Below, piece after piece: positions 53,101 to 64,000 of a stretch of 64,000 nucleotides of DNA (positions within the stretch are counted from its first letter, which is position 1; every line of letters begins with the position of its first letter). The notes under the pieces were generated by a model. That model was not told the origin of the DNA. It did not search any database and saw only the letters and a program-made list of their open reading frames with translations. Position numbers and translations under genes: made by a program. The DNA lies in contig NW_002060944.1 in assembly GCF_000150275.1 (NCBI RefSeq), forward strand, positions 1,846,911 through 1,910,910. Reading direction: 5' to 3'. Source of the stretch: Trichoplax adhaerens. Lineage: Eukaryota > Animalia > Placozoa.

Positions 53101-54990
53101 ATGCGTTTAAGCTTCACTTTCAGCGTTTTACTAACAATTAATTTTTGGTTCATTCTGTCCTTGGCTCAAACGAATGGCACAACGGAACCCCCTACTTCAA
53201 CAGCAGTGACAACCGGGACCTCTTCAACAAGTTTACTGCTTAATTCTGCTATCGGAGCGTGCAACTGTGATTTAACCAGAGATAATTGTGATGTCAATTG
53301 TTGTTGCGATCCTGACTGCAGCGCTATTGATCGAGCAACCTTTACAACTTGCACTGTTGCAACACCAACAAACGATGGAAGTCGAAGCTGTGTTGCTACT
53401 GGCGTAATTTTCATATCTAATACCCCAACCTACAGAACAATTATTGATAATGGGCTATTCTGCGTTTACATTGATAATAATGCTGCAAGAAATTATTACG
53501 AAATCCCAAGACAGGTGCAAGATAACGTGACATTTAATGCTTTAGCATCTAAATATCGTAGAACATTTACACCACAAGCTGCGTCGGTCGCCACAACAAC
53601 GTCATATTATAGAGTCGGTGATAGACTAAAAGTTATCTATAACGATAGCGTCGTTGGCATACTTAGTCTACCTAAGCCATTATTTTCAGATATTTGTGAT
53701 GATAACAATCCCGCGTTATTTTATGTAAACGATGTTAGTGAGTGTAATCGTCATATTAAAGATTTTAATCGGGAATGCTCATCGTTTAGTTTCCTATCCG
53801 CTGGGTCGTACTTTCAAAATATCCGTGTTGCTAAACTTCCATCAGCTTTAAATACGAGCGGTGGGGTAGTTTTTAGCAATCCTGATGATTTGATCAATAT
53901 TAATGTATCAACATCTATTTTATGTATTGATGTATCAACCGGATTTTCATCACCATGTCCGTATACATTTGCTCCTTCTCCGACGTACCACAGCAGCAAT
54001 AACACATGTTCAAATGTGCTAAAAGAACTGAGTTATGATATTGTAACTAATGGTACGCGTGGAATAGTTAGCCTATCTGTGACTTTAACTTTAACAAGTT
54101 TAAATGCTGCTAATATAAATTCAACGTATTTTCGTCAAAAATTTTCTGTTAGTTATACAAATAATGGTAACGCAAATACATTTAGGCGATCTGGTAATCC
54201 TGGTTATGTAGTTAACCAACCTCTGCTCGCTGGAAAGCTAGGCACTAATACAGCTAATAATCAAGTTATACTACTCGGTAGTAGCTCAAATGGCCTGTTT
54301 ACAGTAATATCACCGACTGCCTCTGGTTCTTGCGTTAGAAAGCAAATCAATAGAACTCCAATTCGATTTGGAATTAACATGAGAAGTGGATGTGCTCTGA
54401 GAGTTGAATTGAATAATTTGACTAGTGACTGTCAACTTATTCGAGAGCAGATAATAAATACATTGATTGGAGCTGAAGCGCCAACATATGTAGCAACATA
54501 TGGAAATTCAGCAGTAGAAAATATTAGCGATTGGGTTGCAATCTTAAGGCAAAATGTACCTCAGACTTCGCTAAATACATTGACAGGTTCATCTGGTATT
54601 TGTCCAAACGTAGTGATGGGGATACATATCCAGATTCTTTGGGCATATACCGGTTCGCTTGCCAATCCGCAAGCTAAAATTATTGGAATCTCTACTTCGT
54701 ATGATGATCCTCAAAGTTTAGCTTATCAATGTGTTGGCGTATCATGCCAATCTTCTTCAGGAATCACTCAGCATTTTGAGATAACAACAACCGTTTCTTT
54801 TATTGACGTATCGGAGAAACCAGGATCTCAACTAAGATCGCCACCTAGACTAGAGGTGAAAATGCCATATGACTTTTTTTATCCATTTCTTAGTTCTTCC
54901 GTTAGTTGTAACTGCAATCGAATAATTTTTGCTTTGGTTACCGAGACTGCTATGATCTACGAACGATCATATGATAGCATATACTTCTGA
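53101..54990 (+). CDS. Tectonic-family ciliary transition-zone protein (intronless)
   Basis: Signal peptide, CNCDLTRDNCDVNCCCDPDC, CDDNNPA, RSGNPGYVVNQPLLAG, FGINMRSGC, GSLANPQAKI and PYDFFYPF, which are tectonic (TCTN1/2/3) hallmarks. ATG 53101. Confidence 0.93.
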   Translation: MRLSFTFSVLLTINFWFILSLAQTNGTTEPPTSTAVTTGTSSTSLLLNSAIGACNCDLTRDNCDVNCCCDPDCSAIDRATFTTCTVATPTNDGSRSCVATGVIFISNTPTYRTIIDNGLFCVYIDNNAARNYYEIPRQVQDNVTFNALASKYRRTFTPQAASVATTTSYYRVGDRLKVIYNDSVVGILSLPKPLFSDICDDNNPALFYVNDVSECNRHIKDFNRECSSFSFLSAGSYFQNIRVAKLPSALNTSGGVVFSNPDDLININVSTSILCIDVSTGFSSPCPYTFAPSPTYHSSNNTCSNVLKELSYDIVTNGTRGIVSLSVTLTLTSLNAANINSTYFRQKFSVSYTNNGNANTFRRSGNPGYVVNQPLLAGKLGTNTANNQVILLGSSSNGLFTVISPTASGSCVRKQINRTPIRFGINMRSGCALRVELNNLTSDCQLIREQIINTLIGAEAPTYVATYGNSAVENISDWVAILRQNVPQTSLNTLTGSSGICPNVVMGIHIQILWAYTGSLANPQAKIIGISTSYDDPQSLAYQCVGVSCQSSSGITQHFEITTTVSFIDVSEKPGSQLRSPPRLEVKMPYDFFYPFLSSSVSCNCNRIIFALVTETAMIYERSYDSIYF

Positions 54991-55740
54991 TTATTTCGAT
55001 TTCGAAAATAATTTCCTCCAGACAAACTTCAGAGATGGTGCTTAAATCATACGAATTGGTATTAGCATAATCTATACCCACTAAGAAGTTATGTCTTTTA
55101 GAGTGCTACTCTTCGTATGAGCCTTTGCCGGCATATATGTATTCATTTTGCGCATTAATTTTACTGTGCTCATTTGTAAAATTCTTTTTATCAAATTGTA
55201 AATCTGAGAGGTACATTGTTCGTAAGTCTTACTTAAATGTTTTATTGTTTATCGCATTATAAAGAGCTTTCGTGTAACGATTGCTGTCATCATTGTGGCG
55301 ACTTTCTAACTGTAACCCGGGTGAAATTAATTAAGACAATTAACTTGTCTTAGTGGATTATAACCATTAGGTATATAAGATCAATTTTTTAACGTAAAGC
55401 ATTACATATCATAAATTGAGAGAATAGTAGCATATATCTCCGTAACTCTGATAATTTGTAATGAAAAAATTTCTCGTGTAGATCAATTCATATCGAACGA
55501 CAGTATAGGTTTGTTCATTGTAAATACGAAATGAATTGGTACCGCTACTGTCTATTCCAGTACAAAAACTTAATTTCATTAATAACTCCTAACAACCAAA
55601 ATGTACGATTATTTATTTAAAATAATATGATCTAATTTCTTCTTAAATCGTTATCCTTCCAAACCAAGTTGTAATACAAGGTTAGTTTTAATAACGGACT
55701 GCCTTTCGTTATGTATGTAATTGTCATTTTCGTACGAAAA

Positions 55741-60225
<4,485 letters not shown>

Positions 60226-60370
60226 TCTCCTAAATGATTTCCTTTCCAGTAGTAATTTGCTCTTATACAGTATCTACACTATGTCAGCGCCGAGAAGACA
60301 CTTGAATAAAAGTTTAGTTTGTTGCGTAGCTGTACTTACCAGAGACTGACATTAGTACCATTTCATGGAA

Positions 60371-60403
60371 TACTAAATTCACCGCTCACCGGTGAATTTA
60401 GTA
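60371..60403. other. Perfect 14-bp inverted repeat (hairpin) in the ALAD leader / ALAD-PHPT1 promoter
   Basis: TACTAAATTCACCG-CTCAC-CGGTGAATTTAGTA. Confidence 0.85.
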
Positions 60404-60570
60404 CTGTAGTCCTTAGTACTGTACTATGGTGTACTGTACAGTACAGTACTGAACAGTTAAATTAACCCGCTACTGCATTTAAAGCACATACTGTACGGTA
60501 CTGTACTGTACTGTACTGTATTGTGCTCAATATCACAAGTACTGTACGTATTGTACAGTACAGTACGATG
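60400..60570. repeat. CAGTA/TACTG array in the ALAD/PHPT1 divergent promoter
   Basis: gtactgtacagtacagtactg, ctgtacggtactgtactgtactgtactgta, tgtacagtacagtac. Confidence 0.88.
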
Positions 60571-60628
60571 CTGCTGATTATGCTGAATCGGACGTAACTG
60601 CCGTTGCAATTTTAAGGCTTCCCTCAAT

Positions 60629-61774
60629 ATGGCGAACTCGGCTGAAGTTGATGATAAAAATTATCATATATTAAATTCTTTTACTGATGTAGATATCGAT
60701 GAAAGTGGAACCTTCAAGTATATACTAATAAAATTGACGGACAGAAGATCTAGTTCATCCAAATTTATTGTTCGCGGGTATTCTTGGGCGAGCTATCACG
60801 GTATGTGAGACTGTACTTGCAGCTGTTATGCTGTATTTTCAGCCATAGTATGTCCGATTGTCAACGTTAATCTACGGTGTAGTGATCATCATTTTGCGAT
60901 ACGGCATTTCTATGCAGAATATTTAGCTTGATTGGTGCTCGGTTCATTTCTCCATTTAATCATTCATTCACAAGACTTTACAGGGTATTCGCAATGTGCT
61001 GCACCGAAATATGATTTATATTACTGTACTTCTAGGTAAAATTTATGCTATACTGTACACGTACAGTATGTTCAGCTACTAGATCAACTTTCCCATACTT
61101 GACCAGTGCGTCCAAATTTGACTCTTCCTTGTATTTGATTCGCAGTAGCACAGTTTCGATCTTAGTTTGCTCTACAATGCGAAAGGCTACATTAACGACC
61201 ATAAAAATTGAAGCTAAGGTCCCATGAATTCTATGTAGTTGAATAGTTCATGTTATAGTAAAATGCAAAATTAATCTTACACTTTATAAATATTTAATTT
61301 GTGATAAATTATCGAAAATTTCTAGTACTTCGCATGTGACATACTACAGTATTACTATTATTTATGTTATGTAAGAGAGCATTAAAACTCTTTTCGTTTA
61401 AAGGTATCAGCATTTATATACCAGTATAAATTGATATGCGTATAATATATTATCTATTATTCCAGCTGATATTTTGGATAGGTTGACAGCTTCCTTCGAA
61501 GCGGCTAGCTTAACTGTAGAATGTGTTGGTGGAGGCAGAATCCGGCGTAATGAGAATGAGATTCTTGTATATGGATATTCTACGGTATCGCTATAATTTA
61601 ATTTAGAAATTGCACGCATCTCGCCGTTTTAAATCTTTTTAAAATTCCGTACTGGAAGATACGCATTTTTTATTCATGTAGGGATTTGGTAGAGCGGATC
61701 ATACAATAACAGCGGAAAGGCTAAGAAAGGCTTTCCCTACTCTTAAAATATCTTATTCAAATGATGGTTACTAA
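60629..61774 (+). CDS. PHPT1: 14 kDa phosphohistidine phosphatase (Janus/ocnus family), 3 exons
   Basis: [29 protein letters not shown]|[18 protein letters not shown]|[15 protein letters not shown]. Confidence 0.95.
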
Positions 61775-62361
61775 CATGAATTAATAAATTTTTTTGAGAG
61801 CGTAACAAAGAACTGATGTATATTACTGTATTCGTAATTAGAATACGCAAAGTAGCCTGGCTTTTAGCGTAAACATTGTAGCGTGTTATATGGGTTAGAT
61901 ACAAACTAACGTGGAGTTTAAATTATGACAATAAAATTAGAATATTATGGTACACGCACTGTCTTAAAATTTAATCTTAACAATGTGTTAGGTAAACTTA
62001 CAAGGCCAATTCATTACCTACCACAAACTGTTAACTGGTATACAGTATGAAGCAGTAATTGACCATTAGATATTATTCACGATTTTTCGTATAATTAACA
62101 ATAAATATCTAGTGATTGTAATCTATTTCAAATATTCAACAGGATTACAGTGTAGTTTGTATAAGTTTGATCGCCACGTTGCATGAAAAGTAGATGAACG
62201 CGGATAAGGTAATCCCTTAGCAGAAGTGGACAATTATACAAGTTGGCACATAAATAAATACAACGTGAGCAAACCAGAATTCAATGTAAAATTTTGCCAT
62301 TAACGTGAGAATAGCATTCTTAATTCACTTAGCTAACACCACATAATGGTATTTATATCAT

Positions 62362-63119
62362 TTAAGTCAGATTTTTCTTCTTGCGGGTTTCAGTAGCAAT
62401 ATTTTGATGCAATTTTTCAAGTCTATCCTAGAATGATTCAAGTGATAATTTAGGGAAACTAGAAATGCAATATCAAGTTTGCTACTAGTATGGCATACCT
62501 TAATCAAAGCTATACTTGTATAAGAACTATATCTTAGTTAATATGCTCACCTTAGAGTTCTGGAGGATCGTATTGACACTAGAGACTTTGCGCTTCGCTA
62601 ATTGTAATCTTTTTATGTAGGAGTCTAGAGGTATAGGGATGTCCTGCAACTTATGAAGTTCTCTTAAATCTAAGAGATAATGATTTATTTATTTAATCAA
62701 AGATACATTCTGTAGTGATTTCGTTTTAGGCGTTGGTAATTATTAAATGAAGCGTTCTTACCAACAATCAATCTTAAGATATTTTCATCCAATAGTGACT
62801 GCGTAGCCCTTTTTTTTACAATAAGCAGGTTTAGGTGAAATATGTCACTGTGTACCCTTAATACTATAGCTCGTGACCGGATTACAGTAAAGTACAGTAC
62901 TGTATACACGATTTTTATCTATTACTGTAATTATAGTTATCGCTACAATTGCAAGTTATAATCAGTTAAATTAACTTATTGCTTGCTGAGTTTCAATTTT
63001 TGTTACCTAACGTTTTCCAATTTGCCGTTTAAACGTTCCAGGATTGGATGCAATAAATTAAAAATGCCATCGGATAGGTTATCGTGACGTTCTAACGCAT
63101 CATTTTTAGAGGCGTCCAT
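62362..63119 (-). CDS. SNAPIN: SNAPIN / BLOC-1 subunit 7, 4 exons
   Basis: DNLSDGIFNLLHPILERLNGKLENVR|ATQSLLDENI..|LDSYIKRLQLAKRKVSSVNTILQNSK|DRLEKLHQNIATETRKKK aligns with the remembered SNAPIN sequence (LDPYVKKLLNARRRVVLVNNILQNAQERL). Confidence 0.88.
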
Positions 63120-63169
63120 GCTACAGCTGCTAACTTTCACCCTGCAGTCACGCAGCTTTTAGGTACGTA

Positions 63170-63590
63170 CAGACGGTACAGTAGAGTAGAGTAGAATTCA
63201 AAGTGGGTTTTTTTACTCGTAGGGACTAGAAGTTCTACAGTATTAGTGTGAAATACAGTACAGTACTCTACTAAATTGCGACCCTGGTGAAATCAAGTAT
63301 CGTAAATCATTCCAAATCAGATTTAATTTAATTTAATACTGAAGGGGCATATTACTGTACAGTACACTATACAGTTTGTACTAAACAGTGTAGTAGATTA
63401 CAGTACAGTACAGTACTGTACAATATTTGTTCCTAATCCCGTATACAGTACTGTATTGTACAGTACACTACAGTACAGTACACGTACAAACTGTACAAAT
63501 TTTTGACTGCGTCACAGACTAACTGTACAGTACAATGTATGTATAGTATAGTAGATACTGTAGAACGATATGTGTAGACACAGTGTAGTA
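63170..63590. repeat. CAGTA/TACTG array upstream of SNAPIN
   Basis: tacagtacagtacagtactgtaca, tacagtactgtattgtacagtacactacagtacagta. Confidence 0.88.
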
Positions 63591-64000
63591 CAGATCCAGA
63601 TTAAGAATTTTAAAGTTAAAGAAGATGGAATATTAAAAACTACTAATTTATCCGCTCTTTCCGATCTTACATTGACGATATTAATTGTGTAACACTGCAA
63701 AATCTCCTGTGTATACGATCTAACCTATGCGAAGCCTTCCCGCTTTTAAGAGGTGTGCGTATGCTTCTGCTTGATTACTACTGATAATTACTACTGATAA
63801 TTAATTACCGTATATAATTAGTACTGTACTAGAAACCTCTGCATTATATATAAATAAATACATTATACATAATATATTTATGGACTGCTTTGGCCCTAAG
63901 TTATAATATAATTTATTTGCCGCGCCCGGAACCTGATATAGAGTGTTAAATCTCTATTTAGCGGGTTATCAGCTGTTTATTAGTATGGACATGGACCGAC

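Noticed and set aside
53166-54005. Antisense ORFs within tectonic (also 16075-16290 within GT31)
   Set aside because: Shadow ORFs of real coding sequence on the opposite strand.
60371-60403. Iron-responsive element in the ALAD 5' UTR
   Set aside because: Lacks the CAGUGN loop and the unpaired C five bases upstream.

Overview
AT-rich, gene-dense animal genomic DNA with short introns. Gene content and architecture point to a placozoan such as Trichoplax, which is inferred rather than searched. I can reconstruct about 15 protein-coding genes by hand: iRhom (5'-partial, +), F-BAR/HR1/SH3 CIP4/FNBP1-like (-), intronless GT31 beta-1,3-glycosyltransferase (+), COUP-TF/NR2F (-), an orphan secreted protein (-), a BET bromodomain protein (-), AAGAB (-), RPS18 (+), WDR46 (-), SPCS2 (+), a spliced orphan (-), intronless tectonic (+), ALAD (-), PHPT1 (+) and SNAPIN (-). 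Many of these have human homologues in the extended MHC or its paralogous regions, so this looks like a proto-MHC block. The most striking non-coding signals are: (1) palindromic (CAGTA/TACTG)n pentamer arrays that mark nearly every gene 5' end and are largely absent from convergent 3' regions; (2) six TNAAGGTCA (ERR-type) nuclear-receptor sites plus DR/IR elements upstream of COUP-TF; (3) a perfect X-box palindrome in the tectonic/orphan bidirectional promoter; (4) two hAT-like MITE families; (5) a probable U12 intron in SPCS2; (6) a hairpin/alternative-donor/uORF module in the ALAD leader. Exon boundaries were read by eye and homologue comparisons are from memory, so both need RNA-seq and database confirmation.
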